This document shows, in pieces, positions 63,899 to 64,000 of a stretch of 64,000 nt of DNA. The DNA comes from the human T2T-CHM13v2.0 reference genome, Homo sapiens. The notes beneath the pieces are model-generated. The model saw nothing but the letters and a program-made list of their open reading frames with translations. It was not told where the DNA came from and did not search any database. The stretch lies in assembly GCF_009914755.1 (NCBI RefSeq), contig NC_060941.1; one strand, written 5' to 3'. A program made the translations under genes and the position numbers. Numbering within the stretch: the first letter of the stretch is position 1; the number at the start of each line of letters is the position of its first letter.

Positions 63899-64000
63899 AA
63901 TAAGCAGCATTTCACTCCCCACCTTACCTGACTCCTTCCAGGGTTTGTCGCCTTTCCGGTCCCTGACCCCAGTGGATGGGAGTCTGTCCTCTAGGCTGGA

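Overview
Human (primate) genomic DNA, rich in Alus and minisatellites. It matches the distal 17p13.3 DOC2B-RPH3AL locus, recognised from the encoded peptides rather than by database search. Both genes are on the minus strand. DOC2B: five coding exons (22708-22336, 13834-13755, 7538-7464, 5524-5415, 4875-4749) splice with GT-AG junctions into 255 in-frame codons covering the Munc13-interacting region and C2A. The promoter sits in a CpG island and the C2B exons lie beyond the left edge. RPH3AL/Noc2: the last two coding exons (58744-58596, 56865-56794) and the 3' UTR. The rest is Alu, L1, MIR, LTR and DNA-transposon remnants plus eight tandem arrays (15-87 bp units), which explain almost all long ORFs in the track. 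I cannot establish a new biological system. The best leads are: (1) a phase-compatible RPH3AL-to-DOC2B read-through that would rebuild a rabphilin-like protein; (2) a 209-bp, ~90% identical non-Alu inverted repeat bracketing DOC2B coding exon 5; (3) a 48-bp VNTR amplified inside a THE1 LTR; (4) VNTRs that multiply EGR1 and CCAAT motifs; (5) a uORF ahead of a weak-context DOC2B start codon.
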